A DNA stretch of 64,000 nucleotides from contig NIVC01001165.1 of the NCBI GenBank assembly GCA_002269645.1, forward strand, positions 158,261 through 222,260, in the 5' to 3' direction. This document shows positions 33,851 through 43,471 of the stretch, piece by piece (position 1 is the stretch's first letter; each line of letters starts with the position of its first letter). Position numbers and translations under genes: made by a program. The DNA is from Macrostomum lignano (Eukaryota). The notes beneath the pieces were generated by a model, which saw only the letters and a list, made by a program, of their open reading frames with translations, made no database searches and was not told where the DNA came from.

Positions 33851-34912
33851 GGTCAAAAGTCTATTGCTAAAAATTAGGATTCCGAGAATTTAGTGGGACT
33901 TTGGCTTCAGTTTCAATAACAATATTGGCTCTCTACAAAACTGTGATACGAGTACAGTTGAAAATTTCAAGACTATAATTTTTCGTAAGCTGTTCAAAAG
34001 GCCGAATAACCTCGAGTCCTTATGATGGCCCAGCATTTGCAGCAAGACACAGGTTTTCCTTTTATTCCACGACCGTTTCCTGCTCAAGTCAAGGAGTTCT
34101 TTAATCAACATCTGAATTGAAAACGAGTTTTTTCAATTTTACCTGATGAAGCCACGTACAGAATGTGCTGCTACAGTTGTACAAGTTGTAATGCTGGCAT
34201 ATCAGCTGAAGAAGTTCTAGGTAATTTTTCTCTTAATAAGTGTCAGAAAGGTTTCTTCGGAGCTAAAATCTGTCATCGGATTTCGGATTAAGCTAAAACT
34301 TAAACCTAAAAAACCTTCATATTTGCATAAGGATTGGCCTTAGAAAAATGCTTTTAAACCAGTGTCGTACTTTATAATCTTGATTTTCGAGCTTCGCGTC
34401 CTTCGTAATAATGAATCCATTATATAATGCAGATTCGGACTTTCTAACCCAGAATGCACATGTAATTCACTCTGACTGTATTCGCCTTTTTATTCCCTAG
34501 TGTTAGCACTTGCATAGATCATCAATAGCTTACCTCCGCTACCATAGACGAAACGGAATTCTTTATTTGGCATCAGTGCATTATAGCATGTCGATATTTA
34601 GCTCTAGTTTATCTCTGGTAGAGAAAATAATCTCCGCTCCCTGTATAGATCCATCGCGGCTCTCAGGCCATGAAATAAATTAGAATAATGCACTTAAACT
34701 CGGAGATACTCTATGGCACAAACTCCTCGGCTTGGAACGGCCGTGAACTGTCTATGGCCAAGAAAATTGCACCAGCGGACAGGCAAATCAGCTTAAAGAG
34801 GAGAGACAAAAGCTGCCCACATGCAGAGATCAACAACTATACCGGCTATACTGTAATTGTTGAATCTCACAGCCAACTTGAAAAATTCAGAACCCAACTG
34901 ATTTGGAATCCC

Positions 34913-35217
34913 ATGGCAAAGTTGTGGATTTTTGCTCTACTCTTGGTGGCCGTCTTTATTGTTGGCTCGCACTGCTGCAAACTTCGTAAGTTTTCTGTTG
35001 GCATTCTGGGCTGCCCAATCAGTTAGTACTATACTCGTACATGTTAATCGCCTCGTTAACAATATTGTAATTTTCAGCGCCAATAAAACCCAAGTGCCTC
35101 AAGGCGTACAGAAAATGCACAGGTGAAAACCAGTGCTGTACTCCCTACTGCGAGCCCATCAGCGGGCCGAACAACAGGCGGTGCACCTACTCAACTAATT
35201 CTGGACGAAAGAAATGA
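34913..35217 (+). CDS. Secreted inhibitor-cystine-knot (knottin) peptide precursor, 70 aa, 2 exons (34913-34985, 35078-35217)
   Basis: MAKLWIFALLLVAVFIVGSHCCKL, phase-1 intron (GTAAGT...TTTTCAG, 92 bp), then PPIKPKCLKAYRKCTGENQCCTPYCEPISGPNNRRCTYSTNSGRKK*. Cysteine spacing C-x6-C-x5-CC-x3-C-x10-C; AATAAA near 35348. Confidence 0.85.
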
Positions 35218-35620
35218 TCAATGAGTTCGGCCATGGCTAAGACCGCGCGGCAGCCAATCTGCATTAAACTGTTTCTTTGATTGTTTGATTAGTCGTTCTT
35301 GAATAATTGCTGTTAAACTCGCGGATTTCTCAGCTCAGATAATTCGAATAAAATTAATTAAAATCGAAAAAAATAATTTAAGCTACCGGAAGCAAGACTT
35401 CACGTATTTATTTTTATTGTATTGTCACTTTGGCAAGTTCAAAAAATTGACCTTATTAAAAAGTACCGCAAAAATGTCGGTTACTCCCATTAGGTCGGAA
35501 ATATCTATTGTCGGAAATTGCTCTTTGGCTTGTGGGTTTAACTAACCGTGGTCATAATTGCGTGCTGAGCAAATGCAAGTAGACATTCCTAGTACTGTTT
35601 GTGCAGTGGGGTTGTAGCTT

Positions 35621-35983
35621 TTTTATTAGAGGCAGGGGGGTTGTGTGCACACTGGCGCATTTTAAGCGACATAGGCACACAACCGGCGAGAGGCATTACT
35701 GCCCATTCCGCCGACTCCCCTGAGCAGGCATACAAGCGCGCGGATACGTACGCAGGCACACACTCACATAGGAGTGTACAGCGGCCCTAACTTTATATTA
35801 TCGTTAGGCATGTACACTTCACTGCGCCTCGGGGGGGTTGGCTCTCAGGCCGTTAATTGCACGAGCAGAGCCAAGCCGGGATTCCAATTCAGCCCCAAAT
35901 TAATGTGACTGCACTTGGAATCGAACCTGGGTCACTGGCACACCAGAGCAGCTGCGCTACCGCTGGCCGGGCTACGGCCCCCC
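35621..35983 (-). mobile_element. tRNA-derived SINE, copy 2
   Basis: Near-identical to 9288-9630; 13-bp TSD GGGGTTGTAGCTT (35608-35620, 35984-35996). Confidence 0.88.
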
Positions 35984-36060
35984 GGGGTTGTAGCTTAGTG
36001 GTCAGAGCGTCGCGGAGTTGCGACTATAAACGGTCGGGAGTTCGATTCTCGAACCCACTC
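35984..36060 (+). other. tRNA-like Pol III head (pseudo-tRNA or second SINE family), the target of the SINE insertion
   Basis: A box TAGCTTAGTGG, hairpin GTCGC-GGAGTT-GCGAC and B box AGTTCGATTCT. Acceptor and T stems are broken. Confidence 0.65.
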
Positions 36061-36574
36061 GAAACGATTTGTAGCTTTGAGCAAAACAATTAACTCTGCA
36101 TTGCTTCAGTTCACCCAGCTGTAACATGGGTGCCAGCATTAGCTGGGGTAATCGAGTGTGATTGTTGCGACCCCCCAGTCCTTGGACCTAAACAGCCGTA
36201 CGCAGCCTTCAGATGCGCTGCGGAATAGCTGCGGCTGAGCTCTCGGTTGCACACATGGCCGAATTGGAGCAGGTGTCTATTTATATTAGTCAATTATGAG
36301 CATTATTATGATTACAGGCAAAAATTTGCAAATCTTTCTCGAATTTAGACAAGTCATTTTACTTCCTAGCAAAAGTATATCTAACATTAATTCTTGTATC
36401 CTCCATGCAACAGCCAGGGCAATTTTGTCAATTTTCACATTCAAAATTTACTTTGTGGAACCTGATGTGGACACTGCAGTAGACATCCACGCAGCTTTAT
36501 CCGGAAATGCAGAGAAATTTGTGCAAATTCCTCTTGTGCAAATTTGTGGAAATGCAGAGATGGCGCGCCGCATA

Positions 36575-36790
36575 GCCTGGGAGAGAACAAAATCCGCTCT
36601 GTTGGCAGTGTCGGGCGCCCCAGCGTCGCACAGTAGGCAGTCCACGTATCGACGGGTTCGGGCCTGACCCCGCCTGAACGGGCCCTGCAAGGTGAGCAGC
36701 AGGACGTCCTGAACAGGTTGGGGGCAGTAGCCCTCGGCCCGGATCACGTGGCCCGCCAGTTGACGTTGGCTCGCGTTGCTACCAGAGGTG
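36575..36790 (-). mobile_element. RTE-like LINE 3' fragment
   Basis: QLAGHVIRAEGYCPQPVQDVLLLTLQGPFRRGQARTRRYVDCLL, homologous to the fragments at 37.5, 55.3 and 57.6 kb. Confidence 0.75.
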
Positions 36791-37479
36791 GTGCGACACT
36801 CTCTGGAGAGTATACAGTGGTTACAGTATAAGTAAGAGTAAAATATAGTATCCGAACTGTAGCAAGCTTCCCAGAAGAGCAAGAATAACTCAAATAGGCG
36901 GCTTACTGCAGTGGCCGAGTAACGGACGCTTGTTATGTATATTAATACTCAAGTAAAAATCGCTCGCAGAACTAACTCAATTTGGTGATTATTGGCTAAT
37001 ATGTCCTGACTATATAATAGTCGACGTCTAGAGTCTGCCCTTCTCTGACCCGCTCTCGGGGTTTTCTTCTCTGCTGCATACTTACTCAAACCTGAATCTA
37101 AGAATCGCTATGATCGATGTGAGGCGTGCGAGCTTCACGAAAATTGCGGAAGCAAGAGGCACAGCGCGATAGAAAAGGGGGAATGATAATAAATAGCAAA
37201 ATCAGGCCTGAAGGGGGTTCCACTAGCTTATAGCTGACCACCGGTTAAACAGAAACCACGCACTGGACAGCCAATCAAAACCCCGCCTGTGGGAAAGAGT
37301 GAAAGCCCGCACCAAAGCCATGCAGCCCGGCCGCAGCCAACCAACGCAGAGCAGGGGCAGGACGCACGGCTGGGGAGCCAGCCAGACCTTGCCACGCCAG
37401 CCCCGAAGTGCATCGCGTCCTTGCCAAAAAGACAAGAGCACCTGCACTACACTAATAAAGAAACAAGATACGAGCAAAA

Positions 37480-37970
37480 CAACAACAAAATACGTTGTCA
37501 GAAACAGTCAAGCGAGTCATGAGAAGCAAAGAAAGCGTGACAGGGCGCGTTTTTGGGCCTGGGCACGAACGTAGGTCGCACCGCAGCCAGCCAGAATCAG
37601 CCAGCAAGCAGTCAACGAAACGCTGAGTGCGCGCCTGTTCTTGACAGTAGGGTGCTTGCAGCGTCAGCAGCAGCACCTCCTGCTCCGGCTGTAAGGAGTA
37701 TGACTCGGCGCAGATGATGTGGCCTGCCACTGGAGTCGCAACAGCTAGTTTGCTGGGACGAGCCATGTCAGTGCGGCGATAAAGTGCCCAATTGGTGACG
37801 TGCTCGAAGCCGATCTTGAAGGCGGCGCGCATCGACCTGCTATTCGCGCGAATCCGTCAGCATCCAGGTCTCGTCTTTGTACAACAGGGATGGTCTCGAT
37901 CTCCGCCTGAAACAGCGCCGTTTTTTGGCAGTCAAGCAGGACCTCGGACTGCAGGACAGCCCTCACGGAA
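37480..37970 (-). mobile_element. RTE-like LINE 3' fragment with (GTT)n-type tail
   Basis: RAAFKIGFEHVTNWALYRR...VAGHIICAESY...RTQRFVDCLL. Confidence 0.75.
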
Positions 37971-38531
37971 CGAACACCAGTACGAGTACCACGGTGATAG
38001 AATACATACGTGTCAAGAGTGCAGAAGTGCAGCCTCTAAAACAGCACAGAGAAGGTGGACTCCGAATCTCACGATAGAAAAAATTATAAGATTAGTAAGT
38101 ATTTTTATGTATGCGTATTTATAAAAATTTTTCTCTTTGATCAGCAAGTTCAGCGAAGCAAGTAAGATGCAGCTCGGATTGCGAAATGCGTAGAAAACCT
38201 AAATTCGTTAGTTACCTAAATATGTTTTCTAATCGGAGACTCAATGACACAATGCTGTCCTTACAGCGACATAAACTTTACCAAAGTATGCTGATCATTT
38301 GGTAAGTTGAAGAAAATTTCAATTGGATCCAACCACGTAAGCCCTTTGTAGCTGATTCAGCCAATTATAATACAGTCACGCAAACAAGCAGCTGCTGTGC
38401 ACATTTTCATCCAATAAAACGGCAACGAGACCTCCAATTCAGATGCTTTGACAGCCGGTCGAAGTTGGAATAGCAGACAAAATTATAACGAATTTTTTTT
38501 ATTTTGCCTTACAGTATAGCTGAAGTCCAGA

Positions 38532-40395
38532 ATGAAACTTCTGATTCTGACGTTCCTGAGTCTGGTGGCTCTGTCCTCCGCCTCCGACTGCCAGCAGCCG
38601 TCGCTCAAGCTCACGAGGTTCCCCGGCTGCCCAGCCGACCCCGGCTCCGGGTGGCGGTCTCTGCAGCCGGTCACCAAGCAGCAGTGCGCGATGCTCTGCG
38701 CCAAGCAGTCCTGGTGCGCAGCTTTGACCCTGGATGCTGCCAGCACCGCTGATGGCATCGGGCAGCTCGGTGAGTGCCGACTGTTCACTGCGGAGACCGC
38801 GCTGCTCGGCTGGAATTCGTCCTGTGGCGGACAGTCCGGTCTGGCGTCCAGCGACAGGCTGAGCAGCTTCCGGACTGGTGAGACCGGAGTTCTGTTTTCA
38901 ATTTTTGCAGGACTCGTATTGATCAAACTCACTTTGGCCTTTGCAGAGTACCTTGCGGCTCGAAACGTGACTCACAAGCGGGTCCACATTCCTAACAACT
39001 CGGTGAAGATCTTCGCCACATTCCTTCAGCACCAGCCGGCTTTCTCATCGCTCATTGGCTGCGTTGCCAAGTGCAGCGAGTTGCCGGCCTGTCGCGGGAT
39101 TGTGTTCAACTCCAGCAACTGCTCTCTGCTCACCGACTACCCGCTGTGCCGCTGGTTCGAGCAGCCTCCGAGCAGCTCTAAGCTGGCCGTCTATGTGAGT
39201 GTTGGGAAAGCAGTGCTGGATCGGTGACATCATTTAGGCACTTTTATGGATAGCCGATCTAACAAACCGTTTGAATTTCCAACTCAGGAGTTCCACACTG
39301 TGGGCACTCAGCAGTGCTTCGAGACCGTCAACCTGCGAGTGTCGGACGCGCTGAGCTTCGACCGGCTCTGGGCCGAGTACAAGACCGGCTTCGGCACTTA
39401 TCACGGCAACTACTTTGCTGGTGAGTTACTAGGGGCTCTTTTACTGGAGATTCTGGTCGTATACGCACTGTGTTGTTCATAAAAATATTACATAGTTCTA
39501 AACCTAATCGATCTCATTGGTAAACATTTGAATAAGGCCGAAATTCATGTAGACATGTATGGTGTGTGTCTTGAATCTAAACAATAATTTTTGTTCGAAA
39601 GCATACTTTTAACACCGAATTTTATGAAAAAATAAGATACCGTTTAGATTTTTTCCCATCAAAGTTAACATTAAAAACTCCAATTAGCAGATAGAGAAGA
39701 TACAAGCGGTGACAATGAAATATTTTCTTTTGTCAAAAACCAAATGTGTCTGCCTTGCGCAGCTCAAGTAGCCGCGTGTAAAATCTTCCGGCAGTTTAGA
39801 TGAGATAAATGCACGGAGACACTGTTTATATACATAGAAACGAGACGAATTACATTTGAAGTGCTTCAATCAAACAAGCGATGCTTATGAATTCTGGTAA
39901 GAAAGCAAGCCATGTAAAATTTTCTCACAAACAGGCCTGGAGTGGCTGCACGCCCGGACCAGCGCTCAGCCCAGCAGCAACCGGTTCCGCGTCGACCTGC
40001 TGTACTGGAACGACACCTACATCTACGCCTACTACCTGAACGTGCTCATTCTTGCCGAGAGCACCAACTACACGCTGTCTGACTTTAGGTTTCAGGCTGC
40101 TGGAGGTCTTCGCCAGGACTTGCTCAATGTCAGGAAAATCCAGTTTCAGACTCGAGACCGTGGATCGAGTAGATGCAAACGTGGACAGAACTGTTCTGAA
40201 ATGTACCAGCCTCACTGGCACGCATGCTGCCATGCCTCAGGTCCATTCGGCAGGTACTTCAACTACCCGACAGCGCTGAATGTGCCAGCTAGAAGCCGAG
40301 CTAAGGGCATCGTTTGGAGACGCAATGCCCCCACAAACATCACCGATGGATGGTACTACAGCTTCAAGCAGCTGGAGATTCTCATGCTCACCTGA
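38532..40395 (+). CDS. Secreted protein: signal peptide, two PAN/Apple-like domains and a C-terminal fibrinogen-related domain; 4 exons (38532-38877, 38947-39194, 39288-39420, 39935-40395), about 395 aa
   Basis: MKLLILTFLSLVALSSA; CAMLCAKQSWC and CVAKCSELPACRG PAN motifs; FDRLWAEYKTGFG...GNYFA|GLEWLH and FQTRDR FReD motifs. GT-AG introns with phases 1,0,1. Confidence 0.85.
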
Positions 40396-40559
40396 GTTCT
40401 GTACTGGGTTCTACTATTGATCGTAGGGTTCTGTGACTTCGAATCTTATTAATCCATGCATTAAGAATCTGTATCAGACACTGATGCTTAAAACATGAAA
40501 AAGTGGACTATCTTTTCTTTATTGAAAGAGTTTTCCTTCCAGAACCTACGAGTAAATCA

Positions 40560-40790
40560 TGGAAACTCATTTGGGTTTCGACACTCACCGTGAAGTATGG
40601 AGACTCATTTGGGCTTCGGAAACTCACCCTGAATCACGGACACTCATTTGGATTGAGGACACTCACCGTGAAGTATGGAGACTCATTTGGGTTTCAGAAA
40701 CTCACCCTGAATCACGGACACTCATTTGGATTGAGGACACTCACCATGAAGCATGGAGACTCGATCATTTCGGTTGAGGACACTCGACTT
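40560..40790. repeat. 39-bp minisatellite with two alternating unit types, about 6 units
   Basis: gactcatttgg...cactcacc core repeated; 13-aa periodicity in the spurious ORF. Confidence 0.85.
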
Positions 40791-42520
40791 CATCGCATAG
40801 TCCTCTCTGTCCCAACCCACCTGCGGCCTTTTTACCAGTGATTCTAGTGTAGAAAGATGGTATAGCTCGATGAACGATGAACAGCTTCATGAATGAAGCT
40901 GTTTAACAGCTTCACAGATTAGATGTTCAACTGAGGTACACGTACAAAGGGGGATTATATCGGAGAGGTTGCTCCACCTTTAACTGCTGCGTGATCAAGC
41001 ACACAACAGAACTGTAGAAATTTTAGGCTATGGCGCTGATTAATGCTTGCGGATTCGCTACTCTTCCAGTCGAGAGGTCCACTGTGCTTGAAAACCCAGT
41101 GTGTACATGTAGGTTTAACGTTGAGTTTCGCGTATTTCTACTATGAGTAGCGTGAAGCTGCCAAGATCATAGTAAACGGATAGTACTGTGATGATGGGGC
41201 TCAAGGGCTCGGTCCTTTCGTGCCCCTTTCCCAGACCCGGGTTCGTGTACTGACCCTGGCTGCGGTCCTCCACTGACACGCGTACGACGCGGTGTCCGTC
41301 GGGACTAGGCTGCTCGAGCGTACGACGCACGACAGCCTACAGACTCGCGTACGACGCAGAGCTGCTTGGGGTGGGACCGGCGTACGAAGCACTTAATCCC
41401 TCTAAGGTGCCTAGTACAGATGCAGACCCAAATGACGTACAAATTGGAAGGCTTACCAGCCGCGATTTCAGTCGTACAAGAAACAGCGCCGTCAGCACAG
41501 TGGTGATCTCGATATTCTTTACTTATATATTTGTCTAGCAATTCTGCGAAGAATAGCAATTCAGCAACCAACGCTGGCACAATCGCCGAGGAGCCACGAA
41601 GATGACGAGAATGGGGTCTCAAGGGGGTCTGAATAAATAGGCAGCAAATTGGGGGTCGAGGGCGCGGGATAAAGGCAGAAAAGGGGGCTTAGACATCAGC
41701 CAAGGCAACGCATGAGCTGTACCAGCCAATCGCCGGGGCGCAGCACGGCAGACTGGGACTGGCAGCCAATCACAAACAGGGGCGGGGCAGCAAAGCTAAC
41801 AAAAGAATGGGGCGGGGTCGCACGCAAAGAATGGGGGGGTACGCACGCGCAAAAGTGCAGGTGGGTGAGTCAGAAAAAATCTAAGGAGGGGGGAGGGGGA
41901 GAGGACGGCCCACTGGCCCGGTGCAGCAACTTAGCAAAGAGCACACTGTCATAACGCATTCATGACACTCCCTCCCCCTAGACAAAAGTTCGAGTTCGAA
42001 AAGTCGAATATTGAAATGATGCTACTATAACAAAAAAATTGAACAGAGGAACAAACCGCATTTGAAAAATATTTTGGACTCGCATGGCAACTAGTTCGAA
42101 CAAAAAACAAAACCGCAGTGATTATACCGTTTAAAAATGACGAAGAAACCTTCAAACATAGGATAGTGAGTACGCATCATTAGGAAGCAAAACGCAAATT
42201 TTGGGAAAAACTCACTTTAACAAAAACGCTGAAGTTCGAAAAAAACGCTAAACAAAAAAACAAAACATTTACCCTCACAAGTAATACTAGCACTGCTTCC
42301 CTGCATCCCGCCGAGTGCGGCCGTCGCTCTGGTGCCTCGTCTCCCTGTCGCTACTGTCGCCGGTTGCTCTGGTCGCTCTGCGCTGGTCGTCGAGTCCTGA
42401 GGTTGCTGCACAGCCGTGTCGCTCCGTCAGCACCCGTTAAGGCCGGTCCACCTCCGCTCCGCTGTCCCTGGGTCTGCACTGCAAAGTCCCTAGCCCCAAA
42501 GTCCCTAGGAAGACATAGCC

Positions 42521-43183
42521 TCAGTCAGAGCACGAATCCCACAGCCTACGGAGGGCACCCAGGACCAAACCCTGGCGTCGCAGGTCGAACAGCGGGAACA
42601 CCACCATCACCGACATGTAGACCGCTTGACACGCTTGGCGACTCCACCGACGAACTCCGTGCCCCGGATACTTGCGACCGTCTCGCTCCAAGTAGCCCAG
42701 GATCTGCAGCATCAACTCCGGACCGAATTCCTTGAAATCCACCGAGGCAGTGGCGCACTTCCCCTTCAGGGCTAGCAGCACCTCAAAGATGCCCCACGGG
42801 TCGCCCTTCCGTATTGCCTGGTGCAGTTTCTTCCGACTGGGTCCTACGTTCTCCAGTTCCGCGACGGTCACTGGTCGGCACGGTCTTGTCTGAAGCCGGT
42901 ACGCTCTCTGCAGATTTTCTTCAATCAGGTTTCTACATCCGGCACAATCTTTCTCCGCTTCCCATGACGTCTCAAGCTCCTCTACACCGGCCCACTGCAG
43001 CAGATACTCCGCTCCTCGCTCCGTAACTCGTACTCCTAAGACCTTCTCGACCTCGTACTCCTCCGGCAGTGTCTCACTCGCCTCGTTCATCTCTTCGTCC
43101 GCCTCCTCAGCTAATCGGTCGCTCTCTTGTCGCCTTTCTATCTCTTCTCGGAGATCGTCAGGCATGTCGTCATCCTCTAACAT
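42521..43183 (-). CDS. Accessory ORF of element A: acidic linker + chromodomain + C-terminal helical region
   Basis: EYEVEKVLGVRVTERGAEYLLQWAGVEELETSWEAEKDCAGCRNLIEE matches the chromodomain pattern. It is in the same frame as the upstream J-domain ORF, separated by one TAA. Confidence 0.85.
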   Translation of the reverse strand: MLEDDDMPDDLREEIERRQESDRLAEEADEEMNEASETLPEEYEVEKVLGVRVTERGAEYLLQWAGVEELETSWEAEKDCAGCRNLIEENLQRAYRLQTRPCRPVTVAELENVGPSRKKLHQAIRKGDPWGIFEVLLALKGKCATASVDFKEFGPELMLQILGYLERDGRKYPGHGVRRWSRQACQAVYMSVMVVFPLFDLRRQGLVLGALRRLWDSCSD

Positions 43184-43186
43184 TCC

Positions 43187-43429
43187 TTATGCGAGCCGAA
43201 GCATCTCATCCCGGTCACGAACAGCATTTCCAAAGATATCGTACAGCTTTCTAAGGAACGGACACGACAGTGTTCGGTACGCCTCTTCGCACTCCAGGAA
43301 TCTCTTCCGCGTCTCCTCTGTTGCGCTCTTGTCAGGGTGCAGTTCGCGTGCTCGACCGTAGAACGCTTTCCGAATCTGTGCCGCAGACGCCCACAGCTGC
43401 ACTCCAAGACACTCGTAGAGGTCCGCCAT
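43187..43429 (-). CDS. Accessory ORF of element A: J-domain (Hsp40/DnaJ type)
   Basis: DLYECLGV...ASAAQIRKAFYGRARELHPDK...FLECEEAYRTLS...RKLYDIFG: all four J-domain helices and an intact HPD motif. Confidence 0.92.
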   Translation of the reverse strand: MADLYECLGVQLWASAAQIRKAFYGRARELHPDKSATEETRKRFLECEEAYRTLSCPFLRKLYDIFGNAVRDRDEMLRLA

Positions 43430-43471
43430 CTGTAACAGTCCGGCCTAACTCCGATGAGCAATGAGACACGC

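Noticed and set aside
34112-34142. 31-nt GT-AG hairpin intron linking two small minus-strand exons (LICQHYN... and MLIKELL...)
   Set aside because: The intron is implausibly short relative to the others here and the product has no recognisable motif; needs RNA evidence.
35984-36060. Functional tRNA gene
   Set aside because: Acceptor and T stems do not pair properly and the anticodon loop has 6 nt; kept only as a tRNA-like head.
43187-43189. Programmed stop-codon readthrough joining the J-domain and chromodomain
   Set aside because: TAA followed by G is a poor readthrough context, and the element has several other lesions, so a nonsense mutation is more economical. Not excluded until sibling copies are compared.
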